Source of the DNA: an uncultured Steroidobacteraceae bacterium | GTDB lineage: Bacteria > Pseudomonadota > Gammaproteobacteria > Steroidobacterales > Steroidobacteraceae | Direction of reading: 5' to 3' | Assembly (NCBI GenBank): GCA_964508005.1 | Contig: CAZDTG010000002.1 | Coordinates: forward strand, 41,307 to 105,306 | DNA length: 64,000 nt | In this document: one piece after another, positions 37,954 through 46,060 of the stretch | Position numbering within the stretch: the first letter of the stretch is position 1 | Layout of the letters: every line of letters starts with the position of its first letter | Notes under the pieces: model-generated | Database searches by the model: none | Told to the model about the DNA's origin: nothing | Seen by the model: the letters and a program-made list of their open reading frames with translations, nothing else | Made by a program: the position numbers and the translations under genes

Positions 37954-38415
37954 TCACCAAAGGCTGGAAGGCGTCTTGGCGCCCGTATTGTCGATGGTCA
38001 AAACCGAATCGCTTGCTTGCGCGGCGATTGGAGTTGCAACCGCGAAGTAAGCGAGGGATCCGGCTGGCGGTGCCGTGCACGGGGGCGTGGATGACTGGCA
38101 GATCTGAACCGTGTAGTAAGGCGTGACCTCCTGCGGAATAGTGACGTTCAGCGTGCCAATGTCCGGCGCGTAGCTGCGCTGGTCGAGCAGGTACTGCTGC
38201 TGGCGTTGCGCTATATCCATCAGCAGCGACTCGGCAGCCGAGCGCCGGCCCTTTTTCATCTGGCTCGTATAGGCGGGATAGGCGATTGCAGCCAGAATCC
38301 CCACGACAGCAACGGCGACCATCAGCTCGATGAGAGAGAAGCCCGCGACCGACGGCGCGGATCGTGGCTGAATCCTCACGTAAGGACGTGAGCGAAAGAC
38401 GTACCCGTGATTCAT
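37954..38415 (-). CDS. pilE: PilE-like type IVa pilin
   Basis: Contains ...SVAGFSLIELMVAVAVVGILAAIAYPAYTSQMKKGRRSAAES. With ATG 38415 the leader is unusually long (25 aa); an in-frame GTG would give 13 aa. It is the first gene of the operon. Confidence 0.8.
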   Translation of the reverse strand: MNHGYVFRSRPYVRIQPRSAPSVAGFSLIELMVAVAVVGILAAIAYPAYTSQMKKGRRSAAESLLMDIAQRQQQYLLDQRSYAPDIGTLNVTIPQEVTPYYTVQICQSSTPPCTAPPAGSLAYFAVATPIAAQASDSVLTIDNTGAKTPSSLW

Positions 38416-38430
38416 TTCAAGCTACCGCAG

Positions 38431-38449
38431 GTGAGACTTCGGGTCTCAC
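38431..38449. promoter_or_regulatory. 7-bp perfect hairpin just upstream of the pilE-like start
   Basis: gtgagac-ttcgg-gtctcac lies 16 nt from ATG 38415, inside the 300-nt divergent control region. Confidence 0.3.
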
Positions 38450-38537
38450 GAAGGCACGTAGCATCTCATCGCCTCGAGCGGTTCAGCGTGACGGGGCGCA
38501 CAGGCTGAAGACTCTGGAAGCCATGCAGGCCGCCGGA

Positions 38538-38642
38538 CTCACAATTTATGTTGAATCTGGGCCTGATCAGCCGTGAATCGTTGGCCGGTTTCAGCCGGCG
38601 CGTCACGTTTAGATGGGCGAAGGGTGCGCGCCCTCACAATTT
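38538..38642. promoter_or_regulatory. Direct repeat of the 10-mer CTCACAATTT, 95 nt apart, in the pilus/cassette-B intergenic region
   Basis: The 10-mer ctcacaattt occurs at 38538-38547 and 38633-38642. Both copies sit in locally AT-rich patches. Confidence 0.3.
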
Positions 38643-38716
38643 GTCAGTGACTTATGACAACTCCGCGCCCGTTGCTTTGGCCGGAAGGGCGGCCGGTGTG
38701 TTAGCGTGTCCCACAT

Positions 38717-39517
38717 ATGGAATCTGCGGAAAAGGGAGACGTTCTCTCCGCCACCCGTCAGTGGCTGAACCCACTGGTCCACGTTCTCATCCGCTGTGGA
38801 ATCACGTGGCGGGAATTCTCTGAGCTCGCGAAGACGGTGTACGTCGAGGTGGCGACTGGAGAGTTCGGCAAGCGCGGACGGCCGAGCAACGTGTCGCGGA
38901 CGGCACTGCTCACGGGTCTCGCCCGGCGGGAGGTGCGCAAGCAGCGCGAGCGGCTCGAATCCGGACCCGCGCCCCTGGAAGGTTACGTCACGAAGGGATC
39001 GCTGGTGCTGTCAGCGTGGCACCTCGACCCCGAGTTCCTGGACGCCACTGGGAAGCCCTCATTGCTGCCCGTGAACGGAGAGGGCGCAACGTTCGAGAGC
39101 TTACTGCGGCGCTGTGGTGCCACGGACGTCCGTGCGTCGACGCTGTTGAAAGAGCTACGCGCGGCAGGTGCGGTTCGCGCGACGCCGGATGGCCGAGTCG
39201 AAGCGCTGAAGCGCATTTACATCCCGCACACGATGGCCCAGGAGCTCATTCGGCTGTGGGGTACCGTGATAGCGGACATCGGCACGACCTATGTCCACAA
39301 CCTCACTCGAAATCCCAAAATACCCGCCCGGTTCGAGCGCGCGGCGGTGAACGATCGCGTGCGCGCGAGCACCCTGCCTGAATTCCAACAGTTCCTCCAG
39401 CAGGAGGGCCAGGCGTTTCTCGAGCGGATGGACGCCTGGTTGACGGCACATCAGGCAGACGCCGGTGACGAGAGTGGGATCCGTGTGGGCGCCGGTGTAT
39501 ATCACATCCAGGACTGA
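38717..39517 (+). CDS. Uncharacterised 266-aa protein with N-terminal HTH-like segment (cassette gene 1, copy B)
   Basis: MESAEKGDVLSATRQWLNPLVHVLIRCGITWREFSELAKTVYVEVATGEFGKRGRPSNVSRTALLTGLARREV... It is collinear with the 9699-10502 product. Confidence 0.8.
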   Translation: MESAEKGDVLSATRQWLNPLVHVLIRCGITWREFSELAKTVYVEVATGEFGKRGRPSNVSRTALLTGLARREVRKQRERLESGPAPLEGYVTKGSLVLSAWHLDPEFLDATGKPSLLPVNGEGATFESLLRRCGATDVRASTLLKELRAAGAVRATPDGRVEALKRIYIPHTMAQELIRLWGTVIADIGTTYVHNLTRNPKIPARFERAAVNDRVRASTLPEFQQFLQQEGQAFLERMDAWLTAHQADAGDESGIRVGAGVYHIQD

Positions 39518-39549
39518 CCCTCCAAGCTTCAAGAGATGGTGTATCGTTT

Positions 39550-40977
39550 ATGTGTGGAATAACGACGGGCAATCGCAGCCGGGCGGGGATCGCCGCCGCC
39601 ATGGCATTGCTGCTGATGGCCTGCGGGCAGTCGGGCGATGTGGCCGGAATCCAGGGCTCCGGCCTGGTGAGTCCCGCGGCGGTAACAACCGGTCCGATCT
39701 CCGGCTTCGGGAGCGTCTTCGTCGGCGGCGTCGAGTACGCGACCTCCGCGGCACAGATTGTCATCGACGGCCAGACCGCCACGGAAGCGCAACTGCAGAT
39801 CGGCCAGGTGGTCACTATCCACGGCACCGTCAATTCCGACGGCATCTCGGGGGCTGCGACGGCGCTCACTTTCACGGGGGACGTCCAGGGGCCGGTGTCG
39901 CAGGTCGACCTGGTGGGCAACACCTTCACCGTACTCGGCCAGACCGTGCGGGTCACGGCCTCTACGACCCTGGACGCGAGCATTCAACCGGCCGATCTTA
40001 CTGGCCTGCCGAGCAGCGCGGTCGTCGAAGTGAGCGGGTTTGCGGACCCGGCCGGTGAGATCGTCGCCTCGCGCGTGGACGTCAAGGCCGCCGGCAGCGG
40101 CTTGCAGCTGAAGGGCGTTGTCCAGGGGCTCGATACCACGGCCCACACGTTCCAGATCAACGGGTTTGTCGTTGACTACAGCGCCGCGACCTCTGCTCCC
40201 GCGTTGAGCAGTGGCGATACGGTCGTGGCGCACGGCTCGGCACTCACTCCCTCGGGTGCGCTGTTAGCGACACACCTGGAAGTGTTGCCCGGTCTCGGGG
40301 CGAGCGCGAACGAACGTGCGGATCTCGACGGCCTCATCACGACGTTCACGTCCAGCTCCGATTTCGCGCTGGGCGGCCAACGGGTCGCGGCGGGGGCGAG
40401 CACGGTCCTCGTACTACACGGACTCACGCTCGCTACGGGAGTCGAAGTCGACGTCAAGGGGACGTTCGATACCTACGGAGTGCTGCAGGCGCAAAAGATC
40501 GAGGCGAAGCCCTTCAGCTCGGGCCTTACAGCCGGACTGGTCGATTCCGTGAACGCCTCGACGAACACGCTGAGCGTGCTGGGCGTGAACATCAACGCCG
40601 GCATCGCGACCGCGTTCGAGGATCGATCCAGTCAACACGTGAGGACATTTCGCCTGACCGACCTGCACACGGGTGACTACGTCGTGGTGGGCGGAACCGA
40701 GAGCACCCCAGGTACGCTCGATGCAGCAACGCTCGTGCGCGAGAACCTCACGAGCCGCTCTTACTTGCAAGGAACCGCCCGCAACGTCGCGCAACCCAAC
40801 TTCACCGTTCTGGGTGTCACCGTGACGACGACTGCGCAGACCCGATTCGCGGGTCCCGGCGGCGCGGCGAACGGGGCTGCGACGTTCTTCAGCCAGGCAT
40901 CCAACCGTCTCGTTCGCGTGAGCGGGTCCTACTCGGGCGGCGTTTTGACGGCCACTCAGGTGCAGCTTGCGCAGTAG
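39550..40977 (+). CDS. Repeat-rich lipoprotein (cassette gene 2, copy B)
   Basis: Lipobox in MCGITTGNRSRAGIAAAMALLLMAC. GFGSVFVGGVEY is followed by the same module series as 10528-11946. Confidence 0.8.
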   Translation: MCGITTGNRSRAGIAAAMALLLMACGQSGDVAGIQGSGLVSPAAVTTGPISGFGSVFVGGVEYATSAAQIVIDGQTATEAQLQIGQVVTIHGTVNSDGISGAATALTFTGDVQGPVSQVDLVGNTFTVLGQTVRVTASTTLDASIQPADLTGLPSSAVVEVSGFADPAGEIVASRVDVKAAGSGLQLKGVVQGLDTTAHTFQINGFVVDYSAATSAPALSSGDTVVAHGSALTPSGALLATHLEVLPGLGASANERADLDGLITTFTSSSDFALGGQRVAAGASTVLVLHGLTLATGVEVDVKGTFDTYGVLQAQKIEAKPFSSGLTAGLVDSVNASTNTLSVLGVNINAGIATAFEDRSSQHVRTFRLTDLHTGDYVVVGGTESTPGTLDAATLVRENLTSRSYLQGTARNVAQPNFTVLGVTVTTTAQTRFAGPGGAANGAATFFSQASNRLVRVSGSYSGGVLTATQVQLAQ

Positions 40978-40987
40978 CGCAAGGGAA

Positions 40988-41045
40988 GGCTCGCTCCCGC
41001 GAGGGCGATAGGCGCAAGCGAGCCGAAGCGTCGACGCAATTTTTT
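40988..41045 (+). terminator. Possible intrinsic terminator after cassette B
   Basis: GGCTCGCT (40988-40995) pairs with AGCGAGCC (41017-41024). This is followed by the gcgtcgacgc palindrome and a T6 run at 41040-41045. The loop is long, so the geometry is not canonical. Confidence 0.35.
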
Positions 41046-41386
41046 GTATCAAGGTCTTCCGGCGTGGACGTGCATGCAGCGTCCTCCTACATGAAAGTCA
41101 GGCGAGCTCCTACGAACAAGTGCAAATGGGTTGGGTGAGTGTGGCCTTGCCCCCAAATTGAGCGCGCGGAATGATCCGCCATACGGGGTCAATACTTGCG
41201 TGAAATCAATGCGTTACGCATGTAACATCATGGAATTTATAACACGTTGGTGCGCGCCAACGGAAGACACCGCCCGGCTTGGCGAGCGACCTGTCGACAA
41301 CCTCGTGCCTGGGCCTGGGAACATTGTTTGCGAATTTCCCGACAGCCGGACTCCGACGGCAGCTGGGGAAACACCGAGGAGCTCAA

Positions 41387-41602
41387 ATGCATAAGATCGC
41401 GCGCACCTGTACGTACGCACTGATGACGACGGGCATCCTATTCAGCTCGGGATGCGTTGTCGCTCCGGATCGCGAGCATGATCGCTACTACGAGCGCCGA
41501 GCCGACAGCGCCGAATATCGCGAGCACGAGCGTCGCGAGGCATACCGGCGGTGCCGTGAGGAAGGCGGGCACGATTGCGACGATATTCTGCACGGACATT
41601 AA
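41387..41602 (+). CDS. Small (71 aa) possible lipoprotein, highly charged His/Arg/Glu-rich
   Basis: gaggag lies upstream of ATG 41387. The N-terminus MHKIARTCTYALMTTGILFSSGC has an imperfect lipobox. The mature part is DREHDRYYERRADSAEYREHERREAYRRCREEGGHDCDDILHGH. Confidence 0.5.
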   Translation: MHKIARTCTYALMTTGILFSSGCVVAPDREHDRYYERRADSAEYREHERREAYRRCREEGGHDCDDILHGH

Positions 41603-41921
41603 TTGAGCTGTCGCCGCACCTGAGGCTCCTTCATCTTCGGCGGGGGTGGCCCTCTGGGATACATGATTCCGGGTGGGTTGCCGGCTATGAGTGCGGTACG
41701 GCGCCTCCTGGACGCGCGTCAGCCCGGCCTGTGAAGCGGAAGAGGGTGGCGGCGGTGCCGCCGACCTCGTTCATTCACTGCCTCGACACATACCGATTGA
41801 TTCCATCAAAATACAAGTGAGCACGATCCTGTGCAAGAGCGTGCAGACACTGCCGCGCAGCTCAGGGATTTCACTGTGCTCAATATCGTGACTGGCTTAC
41901 CTCGACAAGGTTTCCAGTCGC

Positions 41922-42350
41922 TTACAGGTCGGTACGACTGTGGGGCTCGGTGGCCTTCAAGCCCTGCGTGTCGCACCCAACTTCGACGCGCTCGCTGCGC
42001 TTGGCGGAGTTGTAGGCGAGAGTAACCAGATCCTCGGCCTTGATGCTCGAGCCCGCGTTCTTGTCGAAGCGAATGAGCTTGCCATCCTGCATGGTGAAGT
42101 AAACGGCCACGACCAGATTGCACTGTGTGACGACGACCGCCGTTAGAGGCTGGCCCTCTTTCACATTGACTTCGGGGTTTTGAGCTACCTCGGATGCCGG
42201 TGCATGCGCACCATTGAGAACGAGAGCCTGAACCGGACTGATTGGACTCGCGGTTTGGTCCTGAGGCGAGGCGTCGCGAGCATACGCGGCGTCTGCCGCC
42301 ACCACCGCCATCACTGTCGTGATCATCATCGCACTAAAGTAGCGTTTCAC
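41922..42350 (-). CDS. Secreted hypothetical protein (142 aa)
   Basis: GTG 42350 has GGAGA 8 nt upstream. The signal peptide is VKRYFSAMMITTVMAVVAADAAYA. I recognise no family. Confidence 0.5.
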   Translation of the reverse strand: MKRYFSAMMITTVMAVVAADAAYARDASPQDQTASPISPVQALVLNGAHAPASEVAQNPEVNVKEGQPLTAVVVTQCNLVVAVYFTMQDGKLIRFDKNAGSSIKAEDLVTLAYNSAKRSERVEVGCDTQGLKATEPHSRTDL

Positions 42351-42619
42351 TTCGGAATCTCCAGTTGGGTGATCTCTCAAGACCTTGCGGGGCGCTTTGT
42401 CGAGGAGGAGCGGTCCAGGTGGAATCGCCCAACGACCTCGCCCCCACAGCATTGCCAGGGACCGTTACCGCACAGTTGCGTGAGGCGCGGCTTGTATTTC
42501 ACGTGAAACGCGCTCGCCCTGGGGCCGCGGATCTATACGCTCCGCCACGATCGTGGCAGAGGAACTGGTCGCCGCATTCGACCGCGTCGCAGCACGGTGG
42601 ATCCCGCTCCGCTTCCGCC

Positions 42620-42934
42620 CCAGTGCAGATCACAGGGAGCGTAGGGATAGACCCGCTCATGGGTCGCGCGGCACTTCCTTCTACCAACGTGGAGTACATC
42701 GAAGTGACTCCGCCAGAGCGGCTGGTCTGGCTTCACTCGAGCTCCGATGCGGACTGGAACATCATTCCCTCTCCCGCGATGGCTAACTGGCCGCGGGTGC
42801 TGGTGACGACGGTGACGTTCGAGGACAGAGAGTCCGCGAACTGCGACATCTGCACGACCGAAAGCTGGTGTCAGCGATCACCGAAAGTGACAGTGGCGTG
42901 CCAGCTGACGATGATAGTTGCACGTTGTCAGTAA
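42620..42934 (+). pseudogene. Possible decayed SRPBCC/AHSA1-like gene fragment
   Basis: VEYIEVTPPERLVWLHSS...VLVTTVTFEDRE resembles the central Y.EV.PPERLV ... VTVTFE pattern of AHSA1-type SRPBCC proteins. The N- and C-terminal parts are not readable in this frame. Confidence 0.3.
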
Positions 42935-43150
42935 TTTGGGGTGACGTGGTTGCGTCATTGAGTGTCTGCAGTGTTTGTCCGCCGGCAATGAGCCCGTGCG
43001 AGAAATCCGCCGGCCCGGCTACGAGCGTAACCGATCCCGCAGCGGGCTGAGGGCAACGAAGACACAGACCCAATCAAAGAAGACGGAAAACTGTCCACGG
43101 AAGCGGGGCGGGTCCAGAATGGCGAGCAGAACAGACCTGGAGGCAGCCAA

Positions 43151-43621
43151 ATGGGCAAATGGGCCGATCAGTCGTTTCTCAAAGTTGAGTCGATGACCTA
43201 CATCGTTCTCGGCGTATTGCTCACCTTGGCACTGGTCAAAGGGTTGGCAGACGCCGGCAGCGAGCTTCTCGACTCGGTGCGGGTGCACAGGGATGCCGGC
43301 GCACTGATTTTCGCGATTGACCGCATGCTCCTCGTGCTGATGATCGTTGAGATCCTGCACACGGTGGGGGTGTCCTTTCGTTCTCACTCCCTGACTGCCG
43401 AGCCATTTCTCGTCGTCGGCCTCATCGCCTCGATACGGCGCATGCTGGTCATCACGCTCGAGTCCTCACAGGCCGGTCAGACGAGCCATCTCGCGGCCGA
43501 GGGAGGGGTATCGCTGAATGCGGGCATGTTGGAGCTCATCGTGTTGGGATTTCTCATCCTCGTCATGGTGATCTCAATCTTCCTTCTTCGGCAAAGCAAA
43601 TGGAGCTCTGTCGATAAATGA
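43151..43621 (+). CDS. psiE: PsiE-like (phosphate-starvation-inducible) membrane protein
   Basis: Four hydrophobic spans. LLVLMIVEILHTVGVSF...FLVVGLIASIRRMLVITLE follows the PsiE family pattern. The start is possibly ATG 43193. Confidence 0.55.
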   Translation: MGKWADQSFLKVESMTYIVLGVLLTLALVKGLADAGSELLDSVRVHRDAGALIFAIDRMLLVLMIVEILHTVGVSFRSHSLTAEPFLVVGLIASIRRMLVITLESSQAGQTSHLAAEGGVSLNAGMLELIVLGFLILVMVISIFLLRQSKWSSVDK

Positions 43622-43840
43622 GCTGGCGTCCGAAGCCGACCATGCCGTTCCCGCGACGTGCGAATCCGCGCCGCGCGCCATTCACGATCTTGGCGAAGCC
43701 TCCAACGCACCGAGAGCGAGAAGAAACACCACGGCGCGCCAGATCCAGTCGGGCGGCGCACGCCAGTCGAACGCGAGCTTCGGCCCCTTCATGCACGTAC
43801 GGTAACTCCGAGGAGCTCCAAAAAAACACGCCGCCACAGT

Positions 43841-44866
43841 TCAGGACTGCATGGTTAGAACCATACGAAAGCGCGCCTTGCCCGCCATCATCTTGGCGTA
43901 AGCCTCCGCAGCTTTCTCGAGCGGCATGGTCTCGATCATCGCAGCGACGCCGGTGAGCACACTAAACTTCAGGGTCGCGTCGCCCGTGGCGGGATCTCCG
44001 GTCAAGGCACCTTCGATCGAACGGCTCGCAAAGAGTAGATCGCCCGTCGAGACTTCGATCGGATCCGGTGCTGCGCCGAGCGTCACGAGCCGGCCACGCG
44101 GGCGCAAGCCCTTCACGACTTGCGCCGCCGCCTTGCCACTGGAGGCGGTAGCGATCACCAGCGCGGCTCCGCCCAGGTCCTGCAGGGCCTGAGCCGGATC
44201 AACGGACGAACTGTCAATATAGTGGTGCGCACCGAGCTTTCTCGCGAGTTCGGCCTTGTCCGCTCCACGTCCAATCGCGGCGACCTCAAATCCCATGTGC
44301 CGCGCGTATTGGACCCCTAGATGTCCGAGTCCGCCGATCGCCAATACAGCGACAAGGTCGCCCGCTCTGGCGGAGGAGTTGCGGAGCGCGCTGAACGTTG
44401 TGAGGCCAGCGCACAGGAGGGGTGCAGCGTCGACGGCGGCGAGGTCGTCCGGAATTGAGATGAGCCCGCTCGCCCTGGCGAGCAGCACCTCCGCGTAGCC
44501 GCCATCGCGTTCTATCCCTGTGAACTCCTGGTTGCGACAATTTACAAGGTCGCCACCGCGGCACTGATCGCAACGTCCGCAGCTTCCACCCAAAAATCCC
44601 ACCCCGACGCGCTGTCCCACGGCCCATCTCTCGACACCCGCGCCGAGCATGTCGATTACACCCACCGCCTCGTGTCCCGGCACCCGCGGCCACGCGATCT
44701 GAAACACGCCCTCAACAGTCGCCGCGTCGGAATGGCAAACGCCACAAGCCTCGAGGCGTATTCGGACATAGCCTGGCGGCGGATTTACCAGCGGCTTGCG
44801 GACCAGTTCGAGCTTGCCGGGGCTGACAGCCTGAACGGCCTGATATGTCAGTTCGGGGTTAGACAC
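43841..44866 (-). CDS. Zinc-dependent alcohol dehydrogenase (MDR family)
   Basis: GTG 44866 follows GGAGAG. Catalytic and structural zinc motifs are present: ACGVCHSD, GHEAVGVI and GSCGRCDQCRGG. The NAD motif is AIGGLGHLG. Confidence 0.9.
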   Translation of the reverse strand: MSNPELTYQAVQAVSPGKLELVRKPLVNPPPGYVRIRLEACGVCHSDAATVEGVFQIAWPRVPGHEAVGVIDMLGAGVERWAVGQRVGVGFLGGSCGRCDQCRGGDLVNCRNQEFTGIERDGGYAEVLLARASGLISIPDDLAAVDAAPLLCAGLTTFSALRNSSARAGDLVAVLAIGGLGHLGVQYARHMGFEVAAIGRGADKAELARKLGAHHYIDSSSVDPAQALQDLGGAALVIATASSGKAAAQVVKGLRPRGRLVTLGAAPDPIEVSTGDLLFASRSIEGALTGDPATGDATLKFSVLTGVAAMIETMPLEKAAEAYAKMMAGKARFRMVLTMQS

Positions 44867-45306
44867 TTTGTCTCTCCAGTTGTCTCTTTGCGGGTGGTTC
44901 ACAGATCGACACTCGGCGCTCAACCTCCGCCGTGCCGCTTGCTATCCCAGCCGTCCAGTGAGGCTCGAGCCGTTCCGAAAACGTGTTGCCACAGTTCGAC
45001 TGCGGCTACGTGCTTTCTGGATGCCGCATCGGCATCCCCAGGGCGTGCCGCCGGTTGAGTTGGGAACAGTTGCCTGCAAGAGTGATCACGAAACCGTAAG
45101 CTCCTCTGCGATCTGTCGATCGAAAAATTACAGGCGAGGTCCGCCGTCCGCGTCACGACATGCAGGGACGCTTTGTTACCACTTTCGGGTAAGGCAATGA
45201 TCTCTTCGAAGGACCGGGCGAGCGCCTCCTTGTCATTCCGCTGGATGTCACCGACGGAGAGCATTCCAGAGCCTTAGACGAGGCCATAGCCGCCTTCGGC
45301 GGATGA

Positions 45307-45630
45307 GTGAGGGCCGTGGGCCAATTTGATGTCTTCGACAACCCTATCGCGCAAGCGCGGCGCGCTTACCCATTCGTGGCCGTGCTGCAATCCGATCTTT
45401 CCGAGACTGGTCGTGAGCGCGTCGTTGCTCCGCTTGTCCCGAGCGCGCATCTCCCCGGCATAGTGGGACGACTGACGCCTCGGGTAAAGGTGTCGGGTAT
45501 CGAACACATTCTGATAGTTCAGGGCTTGACCCCGATTGTGGCCTCCGATCTGGGTGACGTCCGCGACGAGCTAACTTCCTATAGGAACGAGATCGTCGCA
45601 GCGCTCGACTATCTGTTTCTCGGAGTGTGA
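45307..45630 (+). CDS. ccdB: CcdB-family gyrase-poisoning toxin
   Basis: Collinear by eye with F-plasmid CcdB: QFDVF, VAVLQSD, RVVAPL, LTPRVKV and ...NEIVAALDYLFLGV. It has a GTG start at 45307 or 45316, directly after an upstream TGA. Confidence 0.85.
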   Translation: MRAVGQFDVFDNPIAQARRAYPFVAVLQSDLSETGRERVVAPLVPSAHLPGIVGRLTPRVKVSGIEHILIVQGLTPIVASDLGDVRDELTSYRNEIVAALDYLFLGV

Positions 45631-45672
45631 CTACGGCGGCTGTTGAACGGGTGAGAGGGCGCGACCAAAGTA

Positions 45673-45921
45673 TGAAACCGGACGATCACACAGCGGGAGC
45701 TTCGTAATCAGTCTGCAGCCGTGCTTCGCGAAGTGGAGGCGGGTCGAACGATCGTGGTCACCCGCAACGGCACGCCTGTGGCAGAGCTGCGGCCCATTCG
45801 ACCGCGCCGGTTCGTACCTCGCGCAACCCTTGCCGAAGCGGCAGTGCGCGCGCCTCGGATCGACGCTGATCGGTTTCGTGCAGATCTCGATGCTGTGATC
45901 GATCAGCGCATCGATGGCTGA
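45673..45921 (+). pseudogene. Phd/YefM-VapB-type antitoxin gene with disrupted 5' end
   Basis: Frame 1 reads NRTITQRELRNQSAAVLREVEAGRTIVVTRNGTPVAELRP..., a Phd-type N-terminus. The only ATG (45672) is in another frame (MKPDD...), so either a 1-nt indel or GTG 45721 gives a truncated product. Confidence 0.55.
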
Positions 45922-46028
45922 ACCGACGAGAGGGCTTCCTCGACACATCGGCGGTGATCGACCACGACGTGATCGATCCCGCATTGCTGCCCGATCAGTC
46001 TGCGATCTCCGCCATAAAGACTGCCTGA
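45914..46028 (+). pseudogene. VapC (PIN) toxin remnant, frameshifted and truncated
   Basis: ATGGCTGA overlaps the antitoxin stop. MAEPTRGL in frame 2 continues, after one extra nucleotide at 45938, as LDTSAVIDHDVIDPALLPDQSAISAI in frame 3 (the PIN N-terminal LDTS motif). It stops at 46026-46028, and the rest is missing before the LysR gene end at 46061. Confidence 0.55.
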
Positions 46029-46060
46029 GGACTTTCGGCAGAACGAGTCCGCTGCCCATG

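Larger units (their letters stand above)
38697..40977 (+). repeat. Cassette copy B (leader motif + 266-aa gene + lipoprotein gene), paralogous to 9679-11946
   Basis: See copy A. The 26-nt leader TGTGTTAGCGTGTCCCACATATGGAA matches at 24/26 positions, and both proteins are collinear with copy A. Confidence 0.85.

Noticed and set aside
38416-38540. Sigma-54 (TGGCAC-N5-TTGC) promoter upstream of the pilE-like gene
   Set aside because: I searched both strands of the intergenic region by eye. The only hit is a GGCACG on the wrong strand, without a -12 TTGC element.
9679-40977. The two cassette copies as ends of a composite transposon or recombination-prone repeat bracketing about 27 kb
   Set aside because: The copies have no transposase or terminal inverted repeats. 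Nucleotide divergence between them is large (many synonymous changes), and the bracketed genes look like native housekeeping and catabolic content with the same composition as the flanks.
44920-45264. 114-aa minus-strand ORF between the ADH gene and ccdB
   Set aside because: It has no recognisable motifs and overlaps both the ADH start region and the ccdA-like debris. It is more likely a chance ORF in a decayed segment.
45631-46059. 142-aa minus-strand ORF over the phd/vapC relic
   Set aside because: It is antisense to sequence with clear Phd and PIN N-terminal motifs, and its translation is Arg/Ser/Pro-rich.
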